Assembly (NCBI GenBank): GCA_030834415.1
Contig: JAURFH010000002.1
Coordinates: 1-53,221 of the forward strand
Direction of reading: 5' to 3'
Length of the DNA stretch: 53,221 nucleotides
Source of the DNA: Verrucomicrobiota bacterium
GTDB taxonomy: Bacteria > Verrucomicrobiota > Verrucomicrobiia > Limisphaerales > JAEYXS01
Position numbers and translations under genes: made by a program. Shown in pieces: positions 1 to 9,950 of this stretch. Under the pieces are notes generated by a model. That model saw nothing but the letters and a program-made list of their open reading frames with translations. It was not told the DNA's origin and ran no database searches. Every line of letters begins with the position of its first letter. The first letter of the stretch is position 1.

Positions 1-191
1 TCCCTAAATAAGCCTGCCATCACGGCTTAAAAAGAGCCATTCAACCCCTATTCGATAGGTCTAGATGGCAGCTTTACATCAATTACTAGTCTGCTAATCA
101 TAACTATCAGTCGTCAAGTTCCCCCCGGGCGTATTGCGGCGGAGCGTGACCCTCGGTTTACCCCTCAGCGGGCAAGTCGCTGCGAATCAAC

Positions 192-470
192 ATGAAGACG
201 ATTTACAAATACAAGGTAAAGCGCTAGGAAACCCAAGAAGTGGAGATGCCAGTCGGCGCTCAAATCCTGACCGCCCAACCGATCGATGTTAACGTCTGGA
301 TTTGGGCACTGGTCGAGACAGAGATAGAGGAAAGGGAGATGCGGCGGATTGCAGTACTGAAGACCGGCCAAGAAATCACCTTAAATACCGATCAACTATT
401 GTATATCAACAGCGTTCAGTTGGGTGAGGGTGAGCTTGTGCTCCATGTGTTTGAGTACACGGGTAACTGA
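192..470 (+). pseudogene. DUF7352-like small protein (phage/mobile-associated family) interrupted by an in-frame TAG
   Basis: ATG at 192 encodes MKTIYKYKVKR, followed by TAG at 225-227. The same frame then continues ETQEVEMPVGAQILTAQ...WIWALVE...LVLHVFEYTGN to TGA at 468-470. The joined product has the N-terminal MKTIxKY and C-terminal HVFE signatures I associate with this family. The ORF track reports only the GTG-240 remnant (76 aa). Confidence 0.45.
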
Positions 471-514
471 CGCCAGATGCGCCAGTTCAGAGCCCTCCAC
501 CGCTGACCAGCTGA

Positions 515-988
515 CTACGGTTTGACCGTGATTTTGGACCACTTCATGCCATGCCGAGCCGCATAAGACTCGAAGGCACGCTCATATTCCATCAAGACCG
601 CCCGGACCACACTGGAATCATCCGCATGCCCCAGCTCGGGTACGTCATCAGGAATCAGGTCAAACTGGCGATGAGCATAAATCAGGGAGAACACCGCGCT
701 CGCGATGGCGAAATACGGCAACTCCTTGTCGGCGTTCTCGGCGTAATCCTCCACCACGTCCGCCAGAAATTCGAGCTGGTCCACCAAGTGGGGGTATTTG
801 GGGGCATTGATCTGGGTAAACTCCACCTTCAGCAAGGGTAGCTTATGATGCACCCCGGCCAAGATTTGAGGCGTGATTTTAGAGGCCCCGTTATGGACAA
901 ATTTTAATACTTCCGGCATGGCCCCAAGACTACGCAAAATCTCCAACGGGAACAAGCCGGGAATATTCGCTTCGCAACCAGCCTGCAC
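515..988 (-). CDS. DUF1232 (YkvA-like) domain protein
   Basis: 157-aa ORF. The motif LPYFAIASAVFSLIYAHRQFDLIPDDVPELGHADDSSVV matches the Y..P.DLIPD.iP.lG..DD signature of DUF1232. The start codon is uncertain; Met at 919 is an alternative. Confidence 0.6.
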   Translation of the reverse strand: MQAGCEANIPGLFPLEILRSLGAMPEVLKFVHNGASKITPQILAGVHHKLPLLKVEFTQINAPKYPHLVDQLEFLADVVEDYAENADKELPYFAIASAVFSLIYAHRQFDLIPDDVPELGHADDSSVVRAVLMEYERAFESYAARHGMKWSKITVKP

Positions 989-1069
989 GGGGGGGCGGAA
1001 GACCTATGGCAAGAAAGGTTGCAACTGCGAGATTTACCCTCACCCTTTATTGCCATAGCTTTTTAACGC

Positions 1070-4000
1070 GTGGCAAAACTGAACGGCCATAAAGACAATC
1101 GTCCGGCACCGCCCAAGAAGGAGCTACTGCTGGCGGTAGCGATTTTACTGCTCGGAGCTGCTTTGACGGCCACCGCCTGTTATTTCGTAGGAAAGGCGGA
1201 AAAGGAGCAAAGTCGGATCCGTTTCCAGCGCCTCGTCGAAAGCCGCATACATCTCTTCGAATCCGCTGGGGTAAATTACGAAGAACTACTGTTCTCTCTG
1301 CGTAACCTCTTCATCTACGACTCTGAACTAACTGAAAAGGAATTCACCGAGATTTCCCTCAATGCGCTGAAGCGACACCCGCCGATCCAGGCTCTGGAAT
1401 GGGTGCCCCGCATCTCCGAGGAAGACCGGGAAAAGGTAGAGCAGCAGATGCGGGCCAATGGTCATACCAACTTCTTCATATTTTCGCGCCGTCCAGACGG
1501 CACCAAGGAACCAGCCCCGGTTGCTCAAGATCATTTCCCCCTGCTATATATCGCCCCTTTGAAAGGAAATGAAACCGCACACGGATACGATATCGGCTTT
1601 GGCCCGAACCGGAACTCTTTGGATAAGGCCCGAGACGAAGCTGATTCGGTCTTATCTAGCAAGTTTCGTCTAATCCAAGAAATGGGCAATCAGGAGGGCT
1701 TGATCTCCATGGCCCCGGTCTATCGCGGCACGATCATCCCCAAGACTTTGGAAGAGCGGCGGCGGCTTCTGATAGGTTATGTGCAGATTGTTTTCCGTCT
1801 GGGCGATCTGGTTGAAGGCATCCTCCAGCAAGTCACTCCCGGTGGCGTGGATATTCTGATCGAGGACGCATCCGCACCGGAAGAATCCCGGATGCTCTAC
1901 TTTCATTCCTCCCGCCTGCGTAAGACGCCCGTTCCACCCGCCACCCCGGAGGAAATGCGGGCGGGTCAAAGTAGCACACGAAGTTTGCGGATGGGCGAAC
2001 GCGACCTGAATTTTTATTTTCGCGCCACCCCGGAATGGCTGGCTTCACAGGGCTCATCCCGGCTTCCAGCCATCACTGGCAGCGGCACTTTAATCACTCT
2101 TTTGATCACCTCGCTCTTCCTTTCCGTCAGCCGGAGAACCACCATCGTAGAGCGGCAGGTCACCGAGCGCACCACGGAACTGGTCGTTGCCAACGAGCGC
2201 CTAGCCAAGGAAAACCACGAACGACAGGTGGCCGAAAGCGCCCTGCGGGAAAGCGAAACCCGTTTCCGCTCCCTGGTGGAACACGCCCCTGTCGGCGTCT
2301 GGCAATTGGAACCAGACGGCCAGCGCATCCGCTACCTGAATCCTGTTCTACGCAAAATGCTAGGACTCTCCCCGGAAACAAACACTGAGAACAAGTGCAT
2401 CCGGGACTACATCGCCCCGGAGTACCTGCCTGCCCTGTCGGCGCATCTGGAGGAACGACAACGCGGCGTCTCATCGTCCTACGAGATCGAATACCTCCGC
2501 GCGGATGGTGCCCGCTTGCCCATACAAGTATTTGGCGCACCGCTCAAAGATGATGACGGCAAGCTCATCGGCCTGATCGGCCTGAGCATCGACATCACCG
2601 AACGCCGTCGCGCCAAACAAGCCCTGCTCGAAGAGCGCCAGTTGCTTCGCACACTCATCGATACTTTGCCGGACCCCATCTTTGTGAAAGACAAGGCGGG
2701 CCGCTTCCTCGCCACCAACGAGGCCAACCGAAAACTCATCGGCCTGAGTTCGACCGAAGAGGTTCTCGGCAAAACGGTTTATGACTATTTCCCGAAAGAG
2801 ACGGCAGAGCAGTATTACCAGGACGACCAAAATGTCATCAAAACCGGCACTCCGATCATCAACCGGGAAGAGCCTTTCACGCTGATTGATGGTGGCAAAG
2901 GGTGGTTCCTCACTTCCAAGGTGGCCTTGCGTAACAGCAAGGGCGAGATCATCGGGCTGGTCGGCATCAGCCGGGACATCACCAAGGAAAAAGAAGCCGA
3001 GCTGGAGAAGAAACAGTTCGAGCAAAAACTGCAGGAAACCCAAAAGCTGGAAAGCCTCGGTGTACTTGCGGGCGGTATCGCGCATGATTTCAACAATCTG
3101 CTCACCGGTATCATCGGTCATGCCAGCCTCGCCAAGCTAGAATTCCCGGGCAACCCGGTGTTGTTCGAGCATCTGGATCAGGTGGAGAAATCCTCCCAAC
3201 GCGCAGCCGAACTCTGCCGCCAGATGCTGGCGTATGCCGGAAAAGGTCGTTTCATCATCCAAAACGTGGATGTCACCAGCCTCGTAGAAGAAATCACCAA
3301 TCTCTTGCAACTCTCCATCAGCAAGAAAGTGGTCCTGCGCTTCCAGCTCGCGGATGGCCTACCATCGGTTCATGCGGATGCCACCCAGATCCGCCAGATC
3401 ATCATGAATCTGGTCATCAACGCATCCGATGCCATCGGGGATCGCAGCGGGGTGGTGAGCATCGTCACCGGTATCATGCGGGCGGATAAAGCCTACCTGA
3501 GTGATACGCATCTGGCTCCGGACTTGGCGGAAGGCGACTACGTCTTCATCGAGATCAGCGACAATGGTTCCGGTATGAGCCGGGAGACCATGGCCCGTAT
3601 TTTTGACCCTTTCTTCACCACCAAGTTCACCGGACGCGGCTTGGGCTTGGCGGCAGTTCTGGGTATCATCCGTTCACACAAAGGCGCCCTCAAAGTTTAC
3701 AGCGAGGAAGGTCGTGGCTCGACCTTCAAACTGCTGCTGCCTTGTGCCGATGGCCCGGCCACGCCCGTGGATTTCCACGGCGATCAAGCCAGCGCTTGGA
3801 AAGGTCATGGCACGGTGCTGGTAGTGGATGATGAAGAGACGGTTCGCGCCGTCAGTGCCCGCCTCATGGAATCGCTTGGCTTCAAAACGATCTTGGCCAC
3901 GGATGGTCGCGATGCAGTCGAAAAATTCCGGGCCTATCAGGCTGAGATCAGAATGGTACTGATGGATCTGACCATGCCGCACATGGATGGCGAGCAGGCT

Positions 4001-4171
4001 TTTCGCGAGCTGCGCAAGATTCAACCCGATGTCTGCGTGCTGCTGATGAGCGGCTTCAACGAGCAGGACGCGGTCAATCGTTTCAGCGGCAAAGGACTCG
4101 CGGGATTCATCCAGAAGCCCTTCAAGCGGGATGAGCTTCAGAACAAGTTGAAGAAAATCCTGACTAGCTGA
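1070..4171 (+). CDS. hybrid sensor histidine kinase (CHASE-like periplasmic domain, 2x PAS, HisKA/HATPase, receiver)
   Basis: 1033-aa ORF with a GTG start. Two TM segments (LLLAVAILLLGAALTATACYFV and GTLITLLITSLFLSV) flank a CHASE-like domain (ALEWVPRISEEDRE...). PAS regions follow, then an H-box (GIAHDFNNLLTGI), N/G boxes (NLVINASDA, DNGSGM, GRGLGL) and a C-terminal receiver (VLVVDDEE...LMDLTMPHMDG...QKPF). Confidence 0.9.
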   Translation: MAKLNGHKDNRPAPPKKELLLAVAILLLGAALTATACYFVGKAEKEQSRIRFQRLVESRIHLFESAGVNYEELLFSLRNLFIYDSELTEKEFTEISLNALKRHPPIQALEWVPRISEEDREKVEQQMRANGHTNFFIFSRRPDGTKEPAPVAQDHFPLLYIAPLKGNETAHGYDIGFGPNRNSLDKARDEADSVLSSKFRLIQEMGNQEGLISMAPVYRGTIIPKTLEERRRLLIGYVQIVFRLGDLVEGILQQVTPGGVDILIEDASAPEESRMLYFHSSRLRKTPVPPATPEEMRAGQSSTRSLRMGERDLNFYFRATPEWLASQGSSRLPAITGSGTLITLLITSLFLSVSRRTTIVERQVTERTTELVVANERLAKENHERQVAESALRESETRFRSLVEHAPVGVWQLEPDGQRIRYLNPVLRKMLGLSPETNTENKCIRDYIAPEYLPALSAHLEERQRGVSSSYEIEYLRADGARLPIQVFGAPLKDDDGKLIGLIGLSIDITERRRAKQALLEERQLLRTLIDTLPDPIFVKDKAGRFLATNEANRKLIGLSSTEEVLGKTVYDYFPKETAEQYYQDDQNVIKTGTPIINREEPFTLIDGGKGWFLTSKVALRNSKGEIIGLVGISRDITKEKEAELEKKQFEQKLQETQKLESLGVLAGGIAHDFNNLLTGIIGHASLAKLEFPGNPVLFEHLDQVEKSSQRAAELCRQMLAYAGKGRFIIQNVDVTSLVEEITNLLQLSISKKVVLRFQLADGLPSVHADATQIRQIIMNLVINASDAIGDRSGVVSIVTGIMRADKAYLSDTHLAPDLAEGDYVFIEISDNGSGMSRETMARIFDPFFTTKFTGRGLGLAAVLGIIRSHKGALKVYSEEGRGSTFKLLLPCADGPATPVDFHGDQASAWKGHGTVLVVDDEETVRAVSARLMESLGFKTILATDGRDAVEKFRAYQAEIRMVLMDLTMPHMDGEQAFRELRKIQPDVCVLLMSGFNEQDAVNRFSGKGLAGFIQKPFKRDELQNKLKKILTS

Positions 4172-4190
4172 GTTCAGCCAGGCATGCGAC

Positions 4191-4634
4191 TCAGGCTGTA
4201 GCCACCTGCCGCTGCGCTCCCCACTCCTGCCCCAGTTCTAGAAGCGTTTTCTGGCTCAGGTTCTGTTCCGCCATCGGGAAGATGAGGCGCTCTTCCTTGT
4301 CAAAATGACGGCGCGATGCATGCACCGTCTTGAGCAGCAAGGCCTTGGCTGCAACCACATCATCCAGCTTCTGCAATTGCATCAGAAACCCGTCGATCAG
4401 TTCATGCTCGTGATGAAACGCATCCCGGTGGCCAAGATGATCCAGCCGGTGCTCCAAGGGTTCCATCAGCAGCTTATCCTCAGCTACTCCATGGTGCTCC
4501 AGTAATGCGGCGAGCATGCCACCGAGCACTTTTACCTCGGCCAGCGACTCCAGACAGGGTGCCACCAGTTCGATATGATCAAACACACTGTGGAAGACCA
4601 CGTGCTCGGCGAGAAGTGCATCGGTAATTTTCAT
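4191..4634 (-). CDS. hemerythrin (HHE cation-binding) domain protein
   Basis: 147-aa ORF rich in His/Glu pairs spaced as in hemerythrin-like domains (LLAEHVVFHSVFDHIE, LLEHHGVAED, HHEHELIDG, RRHFDKEE). It is convergent with the kinase, separated by a 19-nt gap. Confidence 0.7.
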   Translation of the reverse strand: MKITDALLAEHVVFHSVFDHIELVAPCLESLAEVKVLGGMLAALLEHHGVAEDKLLMEPLEHRLDHLGHRDAFHHEHELIDGFLMQLQKLDDVVAAKALLLKTVHASRRHFDKEERLIFPMAEQNLSQKTLLELGQEWGAQRQVATA

Positions 4635-4899
4635 GACGTGCTTGTAATTGATAGGGTGCCTGATGATAGGAGTCTTGCCCAGCCGGATTTGTTCAATCCT
4701 GAACTCTTATTGTCCGGCGTCATCATTAGGCAGTAAAGCATCCTGACTCTCCTCAATCCCACTCTATTCAGGAAAAGAACCTGCCAGTGGCAGAAACCGT
4801 TTCGTCACTTGCCGTATATGCGGTAAATTATCCGATCAGCCAAGGGCTGAAAAATTGAATCACGGCCAGGGAAAGGCCGTCTGGTTTAGGTGACGTAAC

Positions 4900-7302
4900 A
4901 TGCGAGTTTTGATGAAATACACAGGAGTTTTCGGGATAATGACAGCGATAGCCACGGCCGCCAGTACGGCAGCCCCCATGGATGGCTTGGAATTATTCGA
5001 GAAAAGCATCCGACCAGCCTTAGTGGAGCATTGCTACGAATGCCATAGCACCCAAGCCGGCAAAGCCAAAGGCGGGCTTCTGCTGGATTCGAAAGCGGGG
5101 TGGAGCAAAGGCGGCGATGCGGGCCCGGCTATCGTGCCTGGAAAACCAGACGCCAGCCTGCTCATAAAAGCGGTCCGTTACCATGATGAAGCCACCCAGA
5201 TGCCGCCCAAGAAAGGGCCTATCCCGGATGAGACCATCAAGGCCTTCGAGCAATGGGTGAAACTCGGTGCTCCCGATCCCCGCACGGCTGAGGCCAGCGC
5301 GGTGCATGTAGGTCCTTTCAACTTCACGGAAGAACGCGAATTCTGGTCCTATCACCCGGTCCAAAATCCCGCTCCGCCCAAGGTGAAGAACTCGCGCTGG
5401 GTGGCGAACCCCATCGATAATTTCATCCTGGCCAAGCTGGAAGAAAAAGGTCTGCGTCCGGCCAAGCCAGCGGACAAGCGAACCCTCATCCGCCGGGCCA
5501 CCTATGACCTCACCGGCCTGCCCCCGACTCCGGAAGAGATCGAAGCCTTCGAGAAAGACCGTTCCTCCAAAGCCTACGAGCGCCTCATCGAGCGTTTGCT
5601 GGCCTCCCCTGCTTACGGAGAGCGCTGGGGCCGTCATTGGCTGGATGTCGTGCGCTACGCGGATACCGCTGGTTGCAACTCGGATTTCCCGGTGCCCCCC
5701 GCTTACAAGTATCGCAACTGGGTCATCGACGCTGTCAACGCGGACAAACCGTATCACCAGTTCCTGCGCGAACAGTTGGCGGGCGATCTGCTCCCGGCCA
5801 AATCGGTTGAAGAGAAAAACCGGAACATCATCGCCACCGGTTACCTCGGTATGTCGCGGCGGTTCGCTTCGCAGACGAATGAATTCTATCTGACGCTCGA
5901 TGACAGCATCGACAATCTCGGCAAGGGCTTGATGGGCTTAACCCTCAGCTGCGCCCGCTGCCACGATCATAAGTTCGATGCGGTGCCCAATGAAGATTAC
6001 TACGCGCTCTATGGCATCTTGAAGAGCAGCACCTACACCTTCCCCGGTGTGGAAGTGGTGCCCAATCCACGCGATTACATCCCGCTGGGCACACCGGAAC
6101 AAAAGGCCGAGTGGAAAGCCTACGAGGTGAAGCTCAACGAACTGGATGCAGAATACAACCAACTCCAAGCCCTGACCCGCGGTTCGCGTGCAGCCACGAA
6201 TGATGTCGCCAAGATCAAGGCGCGCATGAGCGAGATCCACAAAGAGCGTGACCAATTGCGCGATAACCCGCCCAAAGTAGAACTGGCCTATGGGGTGCAA
6301 GAAGGCCAAGCCGCCGATACCAAGGTCATGATCAAGGGCGAACCGCACAAGCTCGGCGCGGTTGTGCCACGCGGCTTCTTGCAGATCTTAGGCGGCAAAA
6401 AGCTGCCCAAGGAAGAGACGGGCAGCGGTCGCAAGGAATTGGCCGAGTGGATCATAGATCCCGCCAATCCCCTCACCCATCGCGTGATGGCGAACCGCAT
6501 CTGGCAATGGCATTTCGGCAAAGGCATCGTGCAGACGCCGAATGATTTCGGCAAACGCGGCAAGGCGCCCACGCATCCGGAATTGCTCGATTACCTCACC
6601 ACGCGCTTCATCGAGAGCGGTTGGAGCCTGAAGTCGATGCACCGCCTCATCATGCTCTCCAGCACCTACCAGATGAGCAGCGAAGACAATGCCGAGTATG
6701 CGGCTAAAGATGTGGCCAATGATTATCTCTGGCGCTTCGATCGTCGCCGCCTCTCGGCGGAAGAGATCCGCGACACTCTGCTGCAACTAGGCGGTTCACT
6801 GGACCGAGCGCAAGGTGGCGAGCATCCCTTCCCCCCGCGCAGCAAATGGCATTTCACCCAGCACACTCCCTTCGTGGATACGTATCCGACCACGAAACGC
6901 AGCGTGTATATTATGCAGCAACGCATCCGCAAGCATCCCTTCTTCGAGACTTGGGACGGGGCGGATCCGAATGCCTCGACCGGAGCGAGGGCTTTGAGCA
7001 TCACGCCCATTCAGGCGTTGTTCCAGATGAACGACCCGCTCATCCACGAGCAGGCGGCGAAATTCGCCCAACACGTCTGGAATTCCGGCAAGAAAGATTC
7101 TGAACGGATCGAACAAGCCTTCCTGCTCGCCTATGGCCGGCCGGCCACGAAGGAAGAGATCAAGCTGGGTGAGGAATATCTGGGCGCTGCCGCGCTGGCC
7201 TTGAAAGAAGCCGGCACACCCGAGGAAAAGATGCTCGATGCCGCGTGGGCCAGCTACACGCGCGTCCTGTTCTGCAGTAACGAATTCATTTTTGTCGACT
7301 AA
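4900..7302 (+). CDS. PSCyt1 (cytochrome c) / DUF1549 (PSCyt2) / DUF1553 (PSD1) domain protein
   Basis: 800-aa ORF with a signal peptide. It has an N-terminal CxxCH (CYECHS), the DUF1549 signature RRATYDLTGLPPTPEE, a second CxxCH (CARCHDHKFD), and the DUF1553-type C-terminus ending NEFIFVD. Confidence 0.87.
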   Translation: MRVLMKYTGVFGIMTAIATAASTAAPMDGLELFEKSIRPALVEHCYECHSTQAGKAKGGLLLDSKAGWSKGGDAGPAIVPGKPDASLLIKAVRYHDEATQMPPKKGPIPDETIKAFEQWVKLGAPDPRTAEASAVHVGPFNFTEEREFWSYHPVQNPAPPKVKNSRWVANPIDNFILAKLEEKGLRPAKPADKRTLIRRATYDLTGLPPTPEEIEAFEKDRSSKAYERLIERLLASPAYGERWGRHWLDVVRYADTAGCNSDFPVPPAYKYRNWVIDAVNADKPYHQFLREQLAGDLLPAKSVEEKNRNIIATGYLGMSRRFASQTNEFYLTLDDSIDNLGKGLMGLTLSCARCHDHKFDAVPNEDYYALYGILKSSTYTFPGVEVVPNPRDYIPLGTPEQKAEWKAYEVKLNELDAEYNQLQALTRGSRAATNDVAKIKARMSEIHKERDQLRDNPPKVELAYGVQEGQAADTKVMIKGEPHKLGAVVPRGFLQILGGKKLPKEETGSGRKELAEWIIDPANPLTHRVMANRIWQWHFGKGIVQTPNDFGKRGKAPTHPELLDYLTTRFIESGWSLKSMHRLIMLSSTYQMSSEDNAEYAAKDVANDYLWRFDRRRLSAEEIRDTLLQLGGSLDRAQGGEHPFPPRSKWHFTQHTPFVDTYPTTKRSVYIMQQRIRKHPFFETWDGADPNASTGARALSITPIQALFQMNDPLIHEQAAKFAQHVWNSGKKDSERIEQAFLLAYGRPATKEEIKLGEEYLGAAALALKEAGTPEEKMLDAAWASYTRVLFCSNEFIFVD

Positions 7303-7305
7303 GCC

Positions 7306-8664
7306 ATGTTCACTACGCAGCCATTCATGTCCCGCCGGGCGGCCCTCCGCTCGCTAATCTGCGGCTCCGCCCTCATGCCGGGCATCGTGCAATCATTGCT
7401 CGCCCAATCAGGAGAGGACACCGTCAATCCGCTTGCGCCCAAGACCACACATTTTCCCGGCAAGGCCAAGCGCGTCATTTTCCTTTTCATGCCGGGTGGG
7501 GTGTCCCATATCGATTCGTTCGATCCCAAACCACGCCTGAAGGAATTGAGTCCGGACGGAAAGAAGTATCTGCCCGCCTTTTGGGATTTCAAACGCGGTG
7601 GCAAATGCGGCACGGAAGTGAGCGATCTCTTCCCCTACATGCGTGATTGCATGGATGACGTGTGTCTCATCCGCTCCCTGCATGGCGATCACAATGATCA
7701 CGCGCAAGCAACGCTCGGCATCCACACGGGCTCCGTCACCTTCGCCCGCCCCAGTATGGGATCGTGGGTGAGCTACGGCATGGGCACGACGAACCAGAAC
7801 CTGCCCTCATTCGTCGTGCTCGCCCCGAAACTGCCTTATGCCGGGAGCCAGGTGTGGAGTTCAGACTTCTTGCCGGGAGCACATGCGGGCACACGCGTCT
7901 TGGCTGGCGCAGAGCCGATTCCCGACTTGAACCGCCGCGCGCCTTCTGCCCGCGTGCAAGAACTGGAGCTGGGGCTATTGGAGAAAATCAACCAGAAGCA
8001 CCAGCAGAACCGGATGAGTGACCCGATGCTCGCCGCGCGCATCAAGTCGTTTGAGACGGCGTTCGGCATGCAGTCCGCCATGCCGGATGTGCTGGACCTC
8101 TCTAAAGAGACGGATGCGACGCTGAAGCTCTATGGCTTGGAGCGCGGCAGCACCAAGGGCTTCGCCTGGCAATGTCTCGTGGCGCGCCGGATGGTAGAGC
8201 GTGGTGTGCGTTTCGTGGAGTTGATCGATGTCGGCTCCTCAAACAACTGGGATGCCCATGGCAACATGAAGGGCCATGCTCCCCTCGCCCGCAACGTGGA
8301 TCAACCCATCGCCGGTCTGCTGAAGGATTTGAAATCGCGAGGCATGCTGGAAGATACGTTGGTGGTGTGGACCTCAGAATTCGGTCGCACGCCCACGCCG
8401 GACAGCCCGGATGGTCGCAGCCATCAAGCCAGCGTGTATTCGTCCTGGCTCGCCGGTGGCGGCATCAAACCCGGCATCGTCTATGGCGCGAGTGATGAGA
8501 TCGGTCGCAAGCCAGCCGAGAATCCAGTTCATGTGCATGACTTCCACGCGACCATCCTGCATAGCCTCGGCTTCAACCATGAGAAGCTGACCTACAATCA
8601 CGGCGGACGTGACTACCGCCTGACCGATGTGTTCGGTAATGTGGTGAAGGATATCTTGGTCTAG
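7306..8664 (+). CDS. DUF1501 domain protein (sulfatase/alkaline-phosphatase-like fold), Tat signal
   Basis: 452-aa ORF starting 3 nt after the upstream stop. It has a twin-arginine motif (SRRAALRS) and the motifs FLFMPGGVSHIDSFDPKP, SEFGRTP and DGRSH, which are typical of DUF1501. Confidence 0.9.
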   Translation: MFTTQPFMSRRAALRSLICGSALMPGIVQSLLAQSGEDTVNPLAPKTTHFPGKAKRVIFLFMPGGVSHIDSFDPKPRLKELSPDGKKYLPAFWDFKRGGKCGTEVSDLFPYMRDCMDDVCLIRSLHGDHNDHAQATLGIHTGSVTFARPSMGSWVSYGMGTTNQNLPSFVVLAPKLPYAGSQVWSSDFLPGAHAGTRVLAGAEPIPDLNRRAPSARVQELELGLLEKINQKHQQNRMSDPMLAARIKSFETAFGMQSAMPDVLDLSKETDATLKLYGLERGSTKGFAWQCLVARRMVERGVRFVELIDVGSSNNWDAHGNMKGHAPLARNVDQPIAGLLKDLKSRGMLEDTLVVWTSEFGRTPTPDSPDGRSHQASVYSSWLAGGGIKPGIVYGASDEIGRKPAENPVHVHDFHATILHSLGFNHEKLTYNHGGRDYRLTDVFGNVVKDILV

Positions 8665-8736
8665 TCTGCCCCTTACAAGAGACGCCCGTTTTGATAATGG
8701 GCAGGCGGGCGTTTCCTGTGCGATATTGGGGTCGAG

Positions 8737-9147
8737 ATGAGCAGGACAAACGACACCCATAGCAAGGCTATCGGGTATGCCCTATGGCTACTGGGCTTCA
8801 GTGGCGCACACCGGTTTTATTATGGCCGCACCCTGACCGGTATCCTCTGGTTTTTCACTGGCGGACTTTTCCTCATCGGGTGGATCGTGGACTTCTTCCT
8901 CATTCCCTCCATGGATCGGGAGGCGGATTTCAATTACCAGACCGGACGCATCAACTATTCCATCGCCTGGCTGTTGCTCACTTTTTTGGGAGTGCTCGGC
9001 ATCCACCGTTTCTATCAGGGCAAGATCGGGACCGGCCTGCTCTATCTTTTCACCTTAGGCTTGTTTGGCGTCGGCATCGTGTATGATTTCCTGACCTTGA
9101 ACGACCAGATCGATGAACAGAACCGCCGTTCTCTGCTCCGGGGATGA
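8737..9147 (+). CDS. TM2 domain membrane protein (two TM2 repeats)
   Basis: 136-aa ORF with two copies of the pattern GAHRFYYG...GLFLIGWIVDFF and GIHRFYQG...GLFGVGIVYDFL. Confidence 0.8.
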   Translation: MSRTNDTHSKAIGYALWLLGFSGAHRFYYGRTLTGILWFFTGGLFLIGWIVDFFLIPSMDREADFNYQTGRINYSIAWLLLTFLGVLGIHRFYQGKIGTGLLYLFTLGLFGVGIVYDFLTLNDQIDEQNRRSLLRG

Positions 9148-9264
9148 TAAGTCCTGGACGGTGTTACGATCCCGTGACATGTGGTTTGCAACGTTGTTGC
9201 GGCGGCAACCCCTAGCTGAAAAATATTGTTTTCGTGTCCGTGGGCGGTACGTTGTTCCCGTAAG

Positions 9265-9948
9265 ATGAAGACTTTCGCGGAACTTGGATTTCCCGGCCGG
9301 CTGATCGCCGTGGAAGGGATTGATGGCTCAGGGAAGTCCACCCAGATTTACCTCTTGAAGCGCTGGCTCGAACTGCAGGGCCTCAAGGTGTTCTTCAGCG
9401 AGTGGAACTCTTCCGTGCTTGTGAAGAGCGCGACGAGCAAGGGCAAGAAACGCGAGTTGCTCACCCCTACCACGTTCAGTCTCATCCACGCCACGGATTT
9501 TGCCGACCGTTACGAGCGGCAGCTGGTTCCCCTTCTCCGCGCGGGTTATCTCGTGCTTTGTGACCGCTACGCTTTCACCGCCTTTGCCCGTGACACGGTG
9601 CGGGGTTGCCCCCCGGAATGGGTGCGCGGGCTTTACAGCTTTGCGGCACAACCGGACCTCACGTTCTTTTTCAAGGCCCGGCTGGAGACCTCGCTGCAAC
9701 GCATCCTGGATGGCCGTCCGGAATTGAAATACTTCGAGGCAGGCATGGACATGCGTCTCTCGACCGACCCCTACGAGAGCTTCCGCATCTTCCAAGGCCG
9801 TCTGCTGGAACAATACCTGGCCATGAGCACGCAGTATAACTTCATGGTCATCGACGCGAACCAGACGATCGAGCCGCAGCAGGAAACCGTGCGGCAACTG
9901 GTCGCGGCCAAACTCGACCTGAGCAATTTCGCTTCCAACAAATTCTAG
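9265..9948 (+). CDS. thymidylate kinase-like P-loop kinase (divergent)
   Basis: The start is taken at the internal Met (MKTFAELGF...). The P-loop VEGIDGSGKST and the DRY motif (CDRYAF) are present. The canonical TREPGGT substrate loop is replaced by SEWNSS. Confidence 0.8.
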   Translation: MKTFAELGFPGRLIAVEGIDGSGKSTQIYLLKRWLELQGLKVFFSEWNSSVLVKSATSKGKKRELLTPTTFSLIHATDFADRYERQLVPLLRAGYLVLCDRYAFTAFARDTVRGCPPEWVRGLYSFAAQPDLTFFFKARLETSLQRILDGRPELKYFEAGMDMRLSTDPYESFRIFQGRLLEQYLAMSTQYNFMVIDANQTIEPQQETVRQLVAAKLDLSNFASNKF

Positions 9949-9950
9949 CC

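Noticed and set aside
8665-8736. A possible terminator after the DUF1501 gene (ACGCCCG...CGGGCGT with a 17-nt loop).
   Set aside because: The loop is too long and there is no clear U-tract. I am not confident enough to list it as a feature.
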